64,000 nt of DNA from Eledone cirrhosa (GCA_964016885.1 OZ024763.1:23994001-24058000), one strand, 5' to 3'; shown: positions 12,260-26,334, numbered from the stretch's first letter. Numbers and translations are program-made. The notes: generated by a model not told the origin, from the sequence alone.

Positions 12260-13250
12260 GTATACACACATATATACACACACATATATATACACACATG
12301 CACACACAAACACACAGAGCAGCACACACGCACACTCACATACACACAGAGCAATACACACACACACTCACACAGACAAACAGAAATACACACATTCACA
12401 CAGACAAACAGAAATACAATCACACACACATACAGAGGAATACACACACACACATACACACAGACAGAGGAATACGCACACACGCATACACACAGACAGA
12501 GGAATACGCACACACATACACACAGAGCAATACACACACACACATACACACAGAACAATACACACACATACACATAGACAAACAGATATACACACATACA
12601 CACAGACAGAGGAATACACATACACACATAGACAGAGGAATACACACATGCACATACACACAGAGGAATACACACACATACACACACACATAGGAGTACA
12701 CACACATGCACACAAAACAAACAGAAATACACACATACACTTAAACAGAGGAATACACACACATATACACACACAGAGAGGAATACACACACACATATAC
12801 ACACACAGAGAGAGGATTACACACACATACACACAGACAGTGGAATACACACACATACACAGCGGAATACACACATACACACAGACAGTGGAATACACAC
12901 ACACTCACACATAGATAGAGAAATACATACTGAGAGAGGGGGACACACACACACATACAGACAGAGGAATACAAACACACAGAGAAATACATGCTTGCCC
13001 ACACGTATGCACGCACGCACGCACATACACACAGAATTACTCTCAAAGAAATACACACACACAGGAATACACATGCAAAGAGACAAATACACACACACAC
13101 ACACACACAGAATTACACACACACACAAACATGCAAGCATACATACACAAACAAATAAACACACTCATGCAGAGGAATACGCACACACACAGAAACACAC
13201 ACACATGCAAACATACACACATACAGAATTACTCACACACACTCACAGAT
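12260..13250. repeat. (CA)-rich degenerate minisatellite (acagaggaatac motif)
   Basis: Direct reading. Confidence 0.85.
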
Positions 13251-13317
13251 ATTGATATTTATTTTGAGAACAATACTTTAACATCAGCATGGATGACGAC
13301 TTGGAGTGCTAGGAATC

Positions 13318-14958
13318 TTCAGACCTTGACACAGCAATAGAGATGCTGGTGGGTGGAAGGAAGGGAGGAGGGAGGGAACTACATTCAGACTTTGACACAG
13401 CAGTAAAGATGCTGGTGGGTGGAAGGAAGAGAGGGGGAAAGAGCGAGGGAGGGAGCTACATTCAGACCTTGGCACAGCAGTAGAGATGCTGGTGGGTGGA
13501 AGGAAGGGAGGAGGGAGGGAACTACATTCAGACTTTGACACAGCAATAGAGATGCTGGTGGGTGGAAGGAAGAGAGGGGGAGAAAGCGAGGGAGGGAGCT
13601 ACATTCAGACTTTGACACAGCAGTAGAGATGCTAGTGGGTGGAAGGTAGGCAGGGGAAGAAAGCGAGGGAGGGAGCTCCATTCAGACCTTGACACAGCAA
13701 TAGAGATGCTGGTGGGTGGAAGGAAGGGAGGGGGAGAAAGCGAGGGAGGGAGGGAGCTATATTCAGACCTTAACACAGCAGTAGAGATGCTGGTGGGTGG
13801 AAGGAAGGGAGGGGGAAAGAGCGAGGGCGGGAGCTACATTCAGACCTTAACACAGCAGTAGAGATGTTGGTGGGTGGAAGGAAGGGAGGGGGAAAGAGCG
13901 AGGGCGGGAGCTACATTCAGACCTTGACACAGCAGTAGAGATGCTGGTGGGTGGAAGGAAGGGAGGGGGAAAGAGCGAGGGCGGGAGCTACATTCAGACC
14001 TTAACACAGCAGTAGAGATGTTGGTGGGTGGAAGGAAGGGAGGGGGAGAGAACGAGGGAGGGAGCTATATTCAGACCTTGACACAGCAATAGAGATGCTG
14101 GTGGGTGGAAGGTAGGGAGGGGGAGAAAGCGAGGGAGGGAGGGAGCTATATTCAGACCTTAACACAGCAGTAGAGATGCTGGTGGGTGGAAGGAAGGGAG
14201 GGGAAGAAAGCGAGGGAGGGAGCTCCATTCAGACCTTGACACAGCAATAGAGATGCTGGTGGGTGGAAGGAAGGGAGGGGGAAAGAGCGAGGGCGGGAGC
14301 TACATTCAGACCTTGACACAGCAGTAGAGATGCTGGTGGGTGGAAGGAAGGGAGGGGGAAAGAGCGAGGAAGGGAGCTACATTCAGACCTTGACACAGCA
14401 ATAGAGATGCTGGTGGGTGGAAGGAAGGGAGGGGGAAAGAGCGAGGGAGGGAGCTCCATTCAGACCTTGACACAGCAATAGAGATGCTGGTGGGTGGAAG
14501 GAAGGGAGGGGGAAAGAGCGAGGGAGGGAGCTCCATTCAGACCTTGACACAGCAATAGAGATGCTGGTGGGTGGAAGGAAGGGAGGGGGAGAAAGCGAGG
14601 GAGGGAGCTACATTCAGACCTTGACACAGCAGTAGAGATGCTGGTGGGTGGAAGGAAGGGAGGGGGAAAGAGCGAGGGAGGGAGCTACATTCAGACCTTG
14701 ACACAGCAGTAGAGATGCTGGTGGGTGGAAGGAAGAGAGGGGGAGAGAGAGCGAGGGAGGGAGCTACATTCAGACCTTGACACAGCAATAGAGATGCTGG
14801 TGGGTGGAAGGAAGAGAGGGGCAGAGAGAGCGAGGGAGGGAGCTACATTCAGACCTTGACACAGCTGTAGAGATGCTGGTGGGTGGAAGGAAGAGAGGGG
14901 GAGAGAGAGCGAGGGAGGGAGCTACATTCAGACCTTGACACAGCAGTAGAGATGTTGA
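13318..14958. repeat. ~77-bp purine/G-rich minisatellite, ~21 copies
   Basis: ttcagaccttgacacagc recurs with a period near 77 (e.g. 14459, 14536). Decayed units continue to ~15420. Confidence 0.95.
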
Positions 14959-15028
14959 CTTGAAGTGTGGGAAGGAGAGAGGGACAGAGAGATGACTTTG
15001 GATGTGGGGAACGTGTGTGTTAGAGAGG

Positions 15029-15089
<61 letters not shown>

Positions 15090-15246
15090 ATTTTTAGACC
15101 TTAATATAGCAATGGAGATGTTGATGGTGATGGGGAAGGCAAGAGATGAAGGGGGGAGCTATCTCCAGACCTTCACATAGTAATAGAGATGTTGATGTGG
15201 GGTGTAGGAAGGAGAGAGAGAAAGGGGGAGGAGAGGAAGAAAGAGG

Positions 15247-15318
<72 letters not shown>

Positions 15319-15619
15319 CAGTCCTTAACACAGCAGTGAAGAAGTTGATGGTGGAGTGGTGTGCAGCATGGGTGGGTGCTACAGGGAGCCAGCAGTTTCC
15401 AGACCTTAACATGGAGACAGTAAATGTTGTCTAAAGCTGCAGTCTTTCATAGTTCACCATTCTCTTGGATTAACATGGATTATTGGCGTCAGTGGAGATG
15501 GATGTAAGGGGTGGCAGCTGGGGGTGGATAGTTGGACTGATGTGTGGGGTGGGGCTAGGTACTGTGAGGGCTGGTGGCCGAGGTTATTCTTACATCAAAG
15601 AAATATTATTATAAGATCA

Positions 15620-17370
15620 ATGGTGATGTTGATTGTGGCGGTGTTGGTGGTGGTGGTGATAATAATGGCGGTGATGATTGTAATGATGGTCGTGGTGGTG
15701 ATGGTGGTGGTGGGGATAATGATGGTGATGATTGTAATGGTGGTGGTGGTGATGGTGATGGTGTTGGTGGTGATAATGATGGTGACGGCAATGTAGGTGG
15801 TGGTGATAGTGGTGGTGGTGATAATGATGGCGGTGGCATTGTAGGTGGTGGTGATGATGGTGGTGGTGATAATGATGGTGGTGGCATTGTAGGTGGTGGT
15901 GATAGTGGTGGTGGTGATAATGATGGCGGTGGCATTGTAGGTGGTGGTGATAGTGGTGGTGGTGATAATGATGGCGGTGGCATTGTAGGTGGTGGTGATA
16001 GTGGTGGTGGTGATAATGATGGTGGTGGCATTGTAGGTGGTGGTGATAGTGGTGGTGGTGATAATGATGGTGGTGGTGATGATGGTGGTGGTGATAATGA
16101 TGGCGGTGGCATTGTAGGTGGTGGTGATGATGGTGGTGGTGATAATGATGGTGGTGGTGATGACGGTGGTGGTGATAGTGGTGGTGGTGATAATGATGGC
16201 GGTGGCATTGTAGGTGGTGGTGATAGTGGTGGTGGTGATAATGATGGCGGTGGCATTGTAGGTGGTGGTGATGATGGTGGTGGTGATAATGATGGTGGTG
16301 GCATTGTAGGTGGTGGTGATAGTGGTGGTGGTGATAATGATGGTGGTGGTGATGATGGTGGTGGTGATAATGATGGTGGTGGCATTGTAGGTGGTGGTGA
16401 TGATGGTGGTGGTGATAATGATGGTGGTGGTGATGATGGTGGTGGTGATGATGGTGGTGGTGGCATTGTAGGTGGTGGTGATGATGGTGGTGGTGATAAT
16501 GATGGTGGTGGTGATGATGGTGGTGGTGATGATGGTGGTGGTGGCATTGTAGGTGGTGGTGATGATGGTGGTGGTGATAATGATGGTGGTGGTGATGATG
16601 GTGGTGGTGATAATGATGGTGGTGGCATTGTAGGTGGTGGTGATGATGGTGGTGGTGATAATGATGGTGGTGGTGATGATGGTGGTGGTGATAATGATGG
16701 TGGTGGTGATAGTGGTGGTGGTGATAATGATGGCGGTGGCATTGTAGGTGGTGGTGATGATGGTGGTGGTGATAATGATGGTGGTGGTGATGATGGTGGT
16801 GGTGATAGTGGTGGTGGTGATAATGATGGCGGTGGCATTGTAGGTGGTGGTGATAGTGGTGGTGGTGATAATGATGGTGGTGGTGATGATGGTGGTGGTG
16901 ATAATGATGGTGGTGGCATTGTAGGTGGTGGTGATGATGGTGGTGGTGATAATGATGGTGGTGATAATGATGGTGGTGGTGATAGTGGTGGTGGTGATAA
17001 TGATGGTGGTGGCATTGTAGGTGGTGGTGATAATGATGGTGGTGGCATTGTAGGTGGTGGTGATAGTGGTGGTGGTGATAATGATGGTGGTGGCATTGTA
17101 GGTGGTGGTGATAGTGGTGGTGGTGATAATGATGGCGGTGGCATTGTAGGTGGTGGTGATGATGGTGGTGGTGATAATGATGGTGGTGGTGATGATGGTG
17201 GTGGTGATAATGATGGTGGTGGCATTGTAGGTGGTGGTGATGATGGTGGTGGTGATAATGATGGTGGTGGTGATGATGGTGGTGGTGATAATGATGGTGG
17301 TGGCATTGTAGGTGGTGGTGATGATGGTGGTGGTGATAATGATGGTGGTGGCATTGTAGGTGGTGGTGAC
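15620..17370. repeat. GGT/GAT higher-order repeat built from 15-bp modules
   Basis: Modules ggtggtggtgatagt, ggtggtggtgataat and ggtggcattgta shuffled in tandem. Confidence 0.95.
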
Positions 17371-17471
17371 TATTGCTGCTGTTGCTGAGGATGAGAGAGA
17401 AACACACACACACACATGTAGAGAGAGAGAGACATGTATATATACATAGAGAGAAAGGGAGAGAGAGAGAC

Positions 17472-17508
<37 letters not shown>

Positions 17509-17609
17509 CATAAATATATATATATACATAGAGAGAGAGAGACATATATATATAGAGAGACTGTGAGAGAGAGAGACATATATATATAGAGAAAGAGAGA
17601 GACATATAA

Positions 17610-17642
<33 letters not shown>

Positions 17643-17699
17643 CGGCAGATAAGAACGAGGGGCTGAGAAGTTCAACAGAAACTAGGAGTGTGTTGAGGA

Positions 17700-18320
17700 G
17701 TGGAGAGAGGGTGAGAGAGAAGTTGTGAGAGAGAGAGTGGTTGTGTGAGAGAGAGAGAGAGGATGAGAGAGAGTGGTTGTGTAAGAGAGAGAGAGAGAGG
17801 GTGAGAGAGAGAGAGTGGTTGTGTGAGAGAGAGAGAGAGGGTGAGAGAGTGAGTGGTTCTGTGAGAGAGAGTGGTTGTGTGAGAGAGAGAGAGAGGGTGA
17901 GAGAGAGAGAATGGTTGTGTGAGAGAGAGGGTGAGAGAGAGAGTGGTTGTGTGAGAGAGAGAGTGGTTGTGTGAGAGAGAGAGAGAGAGAGGGTGAGAGA
18001 GAGAGTGGTTGTGTGAGAGAGAGGGTGGTTGTGTGAGAGACAGAGAGAGGGTGAGAGAGAGAGAGAGAGTGGTTGTGTGAGAGAGAGAGGGTGAGAGATA
18101 GAAGTTGTGAGATAGAGAGAGAGAGTGGTTGTGTGAGAGACAGAGAGAGGGTGAGAGAGAGAGAGAGAGAGTGGTTGTGTGAGAGACAGAGAGAGAGGGT
18201 GAGAGAGAGAGAGGGAGAAGGTAAGATATAGAGAACGTGAGGGAGAGAGCTGAGAGAGTGAGAGAGAAAGAAGGAAATATAGAGAGAGAAGGTGAGAGCG
18301 AGAGAGAGAAACTAAGAGGA
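17700..18320. repeat. (GA)n-based minisatellite (gagtggttgtgtgagaga)
   Basis: Direct reading. Confidence 0.9.
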
Positions 18321-19049
18321 GAATGGGAATGTAAAGGGTGAGATGTGAGATGTGAGATGAAAGAGATGAAGATTAGAGGAAACAAATAATGGAAGATTAA
18401 CTACTATGGTTGATATATACATATTTAAATATGTGTGTGTGTGTATATAGGCCTATATATATATATATATGTGTGTGTGCGTGTGTGTGTATGTATATAT
18501 GCCTATATATACATATATGTATGTATGTATATATATATATATATACATAGATATAAATATACATGTATGTGTCTGTGATACAAGTTGGGTGTATGCGTGT
18601 GTGTGTATATACATATATATATGTGTGTGTGTATATGTGAATTCACGTCTGTGATACGAGTTGGGTGTGTATGTATATATATATACATACATATATATAT
18701 ATACACACACACACATATTTACACAAAAACACACACACGCATATATATGTACGCATACACATGATACACGTATGTATGTGTGTACAATTTTATACTTGTA
18801 CAGACTTTTGATATATGGCTAATTAAATGAGTGTCTCTCTCTCTATATATATATATGTATATACAGACACATATATAGTCCCATACATGCATGTGTATAT
18901 ATATATATATATGTATATATGTGTATGTATGCATATGTGTGTATGTATGTATATATATATATATACATACACACATATATACACAGTCACATACACGTGT
19001 GTATATAAATACATATATATATACATGTACATGTATGCATATGTGTATG

Positions 19050-19089
<40 letters not shown>

Positions 19090-19280
19090 CACACATATAT
19101 ACACAGTCCCATACATGTGTGTATATATATACATATACTCTTTTACTCTTTTACCTGTTTCAGCCATCCGGCTGAGGCCATGCTGGAGCACCGCCCTTGG
19201 TATCACAACAGATACATATATATATGTACATATATATATGTACATGTATATATGTACATGTATATATGTACATGTATATA

Positions 19281-19313
<33 letters not shown>

Positions 19314-19465
19314 GTACATGTATATATGTGTGTGTATATATCTATATATCTATATATATATATATATATATATGTACATATATATATATGTGTGTGTATG
19401 TATGTATATGGCAGCATGGATAATCGACATCAAACTATGATGATTATGAAACCCATATGCACACA

Positions 19466-19533
<68 letters not shown>

Positions 19534-19619
19534 ACATATATAATCCTCCATGTAGTTACCATCACACACCCCTCCCTCACACCTATCTCTCTTGGACACT
19601 ATGACCCTATGTTCTTCAA

Positions 19620-20830
19620 CACCACCACTACTGTCACCGCCATCACCACCACCACCACCACCATCACTGTCTCTACCATTATTACCACCACCACTCCCAT
19701 CATTACCACCACTACCGCCACCATCACCACCATTGCAACTACCACCACCTCTGACCATCACACAACTACTACCACTACCAACACTACCACCACCATTGCA
19801 ACTGACACTACCATCATCACCACCACCACCACCACTATCAACACAGACACCTAACTGTAACCCTCTCCAACACCACCACTAACAACACTACCACCACCAT
19901 CACCGCCGCCGCCTCTACCATCACTGTCACCACCATCATTACCACCACTACCACCACTACCATCACTGTCACCACCATCATTACCACCACTACAACCACC
20001 AACACTACCACCACCATCATTACCACCACTACCACCGCTACCATCACTGTCACCACCATCATTACCACCACTACCACCACTACCATCACTGTCACCACCA
20101 TCATTACCACCACTACCACCACTACCACCACCAACACTACCACCACCACCATTACCACCATTACCACTACTGATACCACCATCACAACTACTACCACTAC
20201 CACCATTACCACTACCTCTGATACCACCATCACAACTACTACCACTACCAACACTACCACCATTACCACTACCATCACCACAACTACTACCACTACCAAC
20301 ACTACCACCACCACCATTACCACTACCATCACCACCATCACAACTACTACCACTACCACCATTACCACTACCTCTGACAACCACCATCACAACTACTACC
20401 ACTACCAACACTACCACCACCACCATTACCACTACTGATACCACCATCACAACTACTACCACTACCACCATTACCACTACCTCTGACAACCACCATCACA
20501 ACTACTACCACTACCAACACTACCACCACCACCATTACCACTACTGATACCACCATCACAACTACTACCACTGCCAACACTACCACCACCACCATTACCA
20601 CTACCTCTGACAACCACCATCACAATTACTACCACTACCAACACTACCACCACCACCATTACCACTACTGATACCACCATCACAACTACTACCACTACCA
20701 ACACTACCACCACCACCATTACCACTACCTCTGACAACCACCATCACAATTACTACCACTACCAACACTACCAACTAACATCACCACCATCGCAACTACC
20801 ACTACCAACACTATCACCACCACCAACACC
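19620..20830. repeat. ACC/ACT repeat with a ~124-bp higher-order unit
   Basis: cctctgacaacc recurs at ~124-bp spacing between 20370 and 20740. Confidence 0.9.
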
Positions 20831-21194
20831 ATTACCACCCCCACACCCCACCATCGTACCATTTCAACACAATAGCATCTGTGGACAGACTGTCCGGCTC
20901 TTCATCTTTTATAAAGTCATCAACACCATCACCATCATCATCACAGCCATAATCATCATCACCACCACCACCAACATCATTACAGTTATCATTGCTCTCA
21001 TCATCATCATCGCAGCATTAATCATCATCTCTCATTGCTATAATCAATTTCTTCCTCATATTTCTATCATCACCATCATCACAAAGAGAGAGAGGAAGAG
21101 AGAAAGGCAGAGAGAAAGAGAGAAGAAAACAGAGAGAGTAAGGAGAGAAGGAGAGAAAGAGAGAGAGTGAGGACGAGAGGACTGTTCTGTTGTG

Positions 21195-23146
21195 ATACTT
21201 AGATGACAGCCTTACTAACTTTAGCAGTGGAAACCTCTGGAAACCCCCCTACTCACCACCATTGGCTTCTGGTGTCCTTGGCCCTAGGACCACCTCTCTA
21301 CTCACCACCATTGGCTTCTGGTGTCCTTGGCTCTAGGACCACCTCCCTACTCACCACCATCGGCTTCTGGTATCCTTGACCCTAGGACCACCCCTCTATT
21401 CTCCACCATCGGCTTCTGATGTCCTTGACCCTAGGACCACCTCCCTACTCACCACCATCGGCTTCTGGTGTCCTTGGCTCTAGGACCACCTCCCTACTCA
21501 CCACCATTGGCTTCTGGTGTCCTTGGCCCTAGGACCACCCCTCTATTCTCCACCATCGGCTTCTGGTGTCCTTGACCCTAGGACCACCTCCCTACTCACC
21601 ACCATTGGCTTCTGGTGTCCTTGACCCTAGGACCACCTCCCTACTCACCACCATCGGCTTCTGGTGTCCTTGGCTCTAGGACCACCTCCCTACTCACCAC
21701 CATCGGCTTCTGGTATCCTTGACCCTAGGACCACCCCTCTATTCTCCACCATCGGCTTCTGGTGTCCTTGACCCTAGGACCACCTCCCTACTCACCACCA
21801 TTGGCTTCTGGTATCCTTGACCCTAGGACCACCCCTCTATTCTCCACCATCGGCTTCTGGTGTCCTTGACCCTAGGACCACCTCCCTACTCACCACCATT
21901 GGCTTCTGGTATCCTTGGCCCTAGGACCACCCCTCTATTCTCCACCATCGGCTTCTGGTATCCTTGGCCCTAGGACCACCCCTCTATTCTCCACCATCGG
22001 CTTCTGGTGTCCTTGACCCTAGGACCACCTCCCTACTCACCACCATTGGCTTCTGGTATCCTTGGCCCTAGGACCACCCCTCTATTCTCCACCATCGGCT
22101 TCTAGTGTCCTTGACCCTAGGACCACCTCCCTACTCACCACCATTGGCTTCTGGTATCCTTGGCCCTAGGACCACCCCTCTATTCTCCACCATCGGCTTC
22201 TGGTGTCCTTGGCTCTAAGACCACCCCTCTATTCTCCACCATCGGCTTCTGGTGTCCTTGACCCTAGTACCATCTTCCTACTCACCACCATCGGCTTCTG
22301 GTGTCCTTGGCTCTAGGACCACCTCCCTACTCACCACCATTAGCTTCTGGTGTCCTTGACCCTAGTACCACCTCCCTACTCTCCACCATTGGCTTCTGGT
22401 GTCCTTGGTCCTAGGACCACCTCCCTACTCTCCACCATTGGCTTCTGGTGTCCTTGGTCCTAGGACCCCCCCCCTACTCACCACCATCGGCTTCTGGTGT
22501 CCTTGGCCCTAGGACCACCTCCCTACTCACCACCATTGGCTTCTGGTGTCCTTGGCCCTAGGACCACCTCCCTACTCACCACCATCGGCTTCTGGTGTCC
22601 TTGGCCCTAGGACCACCTCCCTACTAACCACCATTGGCTTCTGGTGTCCTTGGTCCTAGGACCACCCCCTACTCTCCACCATTGGCTTCTGGTGTCCTTG
22701 GTCCTAGGACCCCCCCCCCTACTCACCACCATCGGCTTCTGGTGTCCTTGACCCTAGTACCACCTCCCTACTCTCCACCATTGGCTTCTGGTGTCCTTGG
22801 CCCTAGGACCACCTCCCTACTCACCACCATTGGCTTCTGGTGTCCTTGGCCCTAGGACCACCTCCCTACTAACCACCATTGGCTTCTGGTGTCCTTGGCC
22901 CTAGGACCACCTCCCTACTCTCCACCATTGGCTTCTGGTGTCCTTGGCCCTAGTACCACCTCCCTACTCTCCACCATTGGCTTCTGGTGTCCTTGGCCCT
23001 AGGACCACCTCCCTACTCACCACCATCGGCATGGAATGAGCTTCACAAGCTGGGATGGCTCTTCCAACGCGTCACCCTCACCATTCTGCAGGGAAACATC
23101 AAGGCTCGTGGGGTGGCCAGTGCGTGGGACCCCATTTACTTATAAT
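21195..23146 (+). mobile_element. CRE-like non-LTR retrotransposon 3' remnant interrupted by a 49-bp minisatellite
   Basis: Left flank reads YLDDS...LAVETSG, the repeat unit encodes SGVLGPRTTSLLTTIG, and the right flank reads WLFQRVTLTILQGN...*. Together these match the recalled CRE C-terminal pattern AVETxGxxG...IG...LFQRxSxAIxRGN. Confidence 0.7.
21249..23030. repeat. 49-bp minisatellite, ~36 copies
   Basis: actcaccacc at 21251, 21300 and onward. Confidence 0.95.
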
Positions 23147-23459
23147 AATGAGAAATGGAGGCAGTGAGTGATGAGAGAGATGGGGAGAGAGAGGCAGTGA
23201 GGGAAAGAGAGAGAGATGAGCAGAGAGAGAGAGAGAGTGATAGAGGCAGTGAGTGAAAGAGAGAGATGGGCAGAGAGAGAGAGAACTTCAACACTTATTC
23301 ATCTGTTGGAGCCTTACTAATACTGCTGCAACAACAAAATACACCAAGTACGCTCTGTAAAGTGTTGACACGCTTGTAAGATGCAGACCCACCCCTCCCC
23401 CCTGTTAGGTTCATATGTCTTATTCCGTTGGAACACTTGTTAGGAGACAAACCAGTCAA

Positions 23460-23830
23460 ATGATGGTGATGGTGGTGATGGTGGTGGTGATGGTGGTGAT
23501 GGTGGTGATGGTGGTGGTGATGATGATGATGGTGGTATTGATGGTGGTGATGGTGGTGGTGATGATGATGGTGGTGGTGATGGTGGTGATGATGATGATG
23601 GTGGTGATGATGGTGGTGATGATGATGATGGTGGTGGTGATGGTGGTGATGATGATGATGGTGGTGATGGTGATGATGGTGGTGGTGGTGGTGGTGATGA
23701 TACTGATGGTGGTGATGGTGTTGATGATGATGGTGATGATGATGGTGGTGGTGATAATGATGTTGATGATGTTGATGATGATGATGATGATGGTGTTGAT
23801 GGTTATCGTGATACTGATGATGATGGAGGT
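23460..23830. repeat. (GAT/GGT)n microsatellite
   Basis: Direct reading. Confidence 0.95.
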
Positions 23831-23844
23831 GGTATATGTAGGAG

Positions 23845-23908
<64 letters not shown>

Positions 23909-23935
23909 TATATACATACGTATATATATATATAC

Positions 23936-23972
<37 letters not shown>

Positions 23973-24107
23973 CATATATATATGTATATACATATATACA
24001 TACATATACATATATATACATACATATATATATATACATATATATATGTATATACATACATACATATACATATACATACATATATATTTATATACATATA
24101 TACATAC

Positions 24108-24880
24108 ATTGTGCAGAGGATATACGCAGACTAGAGAGGAACGAAGCTTGCATGCTCCGCTGGATGTGTAACAGTAATATACGTGAACGGCAAAGCATAA
24201 ACGAACTAAGGAAAAAATTAGAGATAAGAGGGATCAGATGTTGTTTACTCGAGAGAAGGCTACGTTGGTATGGACACGTGATGCGCATGAAAGTCGATAG
24301 CTGTATAACAAAGTGCAGGGCAATAAAGATAGACGGTAGTCACGGAATAGGCAGACCTAGAAAAACCTGGGACGAGCTGATAAACTCCGACATCACACAC
24401 TTACACCTCTCCAAGACAATGTCACTGGACCGAGACCTTTGGCGGTACTCAGTAACAGAGAAGACCCGCCTTACCTAAATATATAGTAAAACCTACTCCA
24501 GCCAGTAGGCATCTCTAACAAAATACACCCCGTCCCACCACCACCACCCCCACCCGATCCACACCACCCCGTTCTATGTAAAGTTATGTTGGTGCCGCGC
24601 CATCGAGGCCGAAACAAATGAGATCGTGTAGGTGTCACGACAAAAAAACACACAGTCCACGCTGTAATGTGGCCGTGTAGGCAACACGGTAAAAACCTCC
24701 CAGACCCACACTGTAAATGTGGTTGGTGTTAGGAAGGGCATCCAACTGTAGAAAACCTGCCAGACAGTCCTATGCGAGCAAGACAATCACTCTTGCCTCA
24801 AGTGGGACTACCCCCGTCCAAACCCATGCAAGCGTGGAACACGGACGTTAAACGTTGATGATGATGATGATGATGATGAT
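24108..24880 (+). mobile_element. 5'-truncated RTE LINE with a SINE-domain-containing 3' UTR
   Basis: ORF remnant [15 protein letters not shown]...[13 protein letters not shown]...[11 protein letters not shown]...EKTRLT* ends at 24478. A ~400-bp UTR follows, containing ggttggtgttaggaagggcatcc and a (TGA)n tail. Confidence 0.9.
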
Positions 24881-24905
24881 ATATATATACATATATATAT
24901 ATACA

Positions 24906-25190
24906 TGGTGGCTGCCAACTCGTTTTCGAGTACGGCCACTACTTTATATCCATGTAGGAGAACCCCTACTGATGCGCTAAACGAGTGTGACTTTTTAGTC
25001 CAGCCAGCGACTTGAAAACTCTGGTACAAACACTACACTTGTGACAATTATTGACACATAGTGCTGGGCCCATGGTAGCATGTGACGACAAGTGCAGAGA
25101 GATCTCCAGATATAAAGCAATGCCTGTGCCGTGAAGCTTTTATAGTGAGCAAAAGCACTGCACAAAGCCAGTCCCACTCTCTTAACCAAG
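24906..25190 (-). mobile_element. RTE-BovB-like 3' end with a C-terminal C2H2 motif
   Basis: Reverse complement of 42842-43112. Confidence 0.65.
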
Positions 25191-25369
25191 ATGATTACAT
25201 ATATATATATATATATATATGTACATACATATATATATATACATACATATATATATATACATATATATACATACATATATATACAAACATATACATACAT
25301 ACATATGCATACATATACATACATACATATACATACATGTATATACATATATATATATATATATATATC

Positions 25370-26099
25370 ATCATCATCATCATCATCATCATCAGGTTTA
25401 GCGTCCGTGTTCCACGCTTGCATGGGTTTGGACGGGGGTTTTCCCACTTGAGGCAAGAGTGGTTGTCTTGCTCGCATAGGACTGTCTGGCGGGTTTTCTA
25501 CAGTTGGATGCCCTTCCTAACACCAACCACATTTACAGTGTGGGGCTGGGAGGTTTTTACCGTGTTGCCTACACGGCCACATTACAGCGTGGACTGTCTG
25601 GCGGGTTTTCTACAGCTGGATGCCCTTCCTAACACCAACCACATTTACAGTGTGGGGCTGGGAGGTTTTTACCGTGTTGCCTACACGGCCACATTTACAG
25701 CGTGGACTGTGTGTTTTTTGTCGTGACACCTACACGATCTCATTTGTTTCGGCCTGGATGTTGTGGGACCAACATAACTTTACATTGAAAGGGGCGGTGT
25801 GGGTGGGGTGGAGGTGGTGGGACGGGGGTGTGTTTTGATAGAGGTGCCTACTGACTGTAGTAGGTTTTTACTTTGTATTTAGGTAAGGCGGGTCTTCTCT
25901 ATTACTGAGTACCGCCAAAGGTCTCGGTCCAGTGACATTGTCTTGGAGAGGTGTAAGCGTGTGAGGTCGGAATTTATCAGCTCGTCCCATGTTTTTCTGG
26001 GTCTGCCTACTTCGTGGCTACCGTCTATCTTTATTGCCCTGCACTTTGTTATACAGCTGTCATCTTTCATGCGCATCACGTGACCGTACCAACGTAGCC

Positions 26100-26101
<2 letters not shown>
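25370..26101 (-). mobile_element. 5'-truncated RTE LINE of the 24108 family, inverted, with an internal 112-bp duplication
   Basis: [28 protein letters not shown]...[10 protein letters not shown]...EKTRLT* followed by the same UTR. Confidence 0.9.
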
Positions 26102-26158
<57 letters not shown>

Positions 26159-26225
26159 CATATACATACATACTTATCCGATATTTGCATTGCTTTATTG
26201 TGCTACAATAAAACTCACCTCCTAC

Positions 26226-26258
<33 letters not shown>

Positions 26259-26334
26259 CATACACATACATACATATATATACATACACATACATACATA
26301 TATATACATACACATACATACATATACACATATA

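Noticed and set aside
15454-15588. Minus-strand 44-codon frame NNLGHQPSQYLAPP...REW* as a terminal exon
   Set aside because: Weak acceptor, phase 0 incompatible with the phase-1 donor, and no recognisable motif.
15574-17388. 604-aa Gly/Asp-rich ORF and the antisense Thr-, Pro- and His-rich ORFs
   Set aside because: A trinucleotide-module repeat open in several frames at once, with no unique coding flanks or splice support.
20855-21020. Minus-strand acidic frame ...DDFIKDEEPDSLSTDAIVLKW with a GT site
   Set aside because: In-frame TAA upstream, no credible acceptor, and mostly decayed (GAT)n.
21249-23030. CRISPR-like regular array
   Set aside because: Contiguous tandem units with no unique spacers and no cas genes, in a eukaryotic context. 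The same applies to the other arrays.
23021-23140. Minus-strand exon ending in GTGAGT
   Set aside because: The opposite strand is better explained as a CRE-like retroelement C-terminus.
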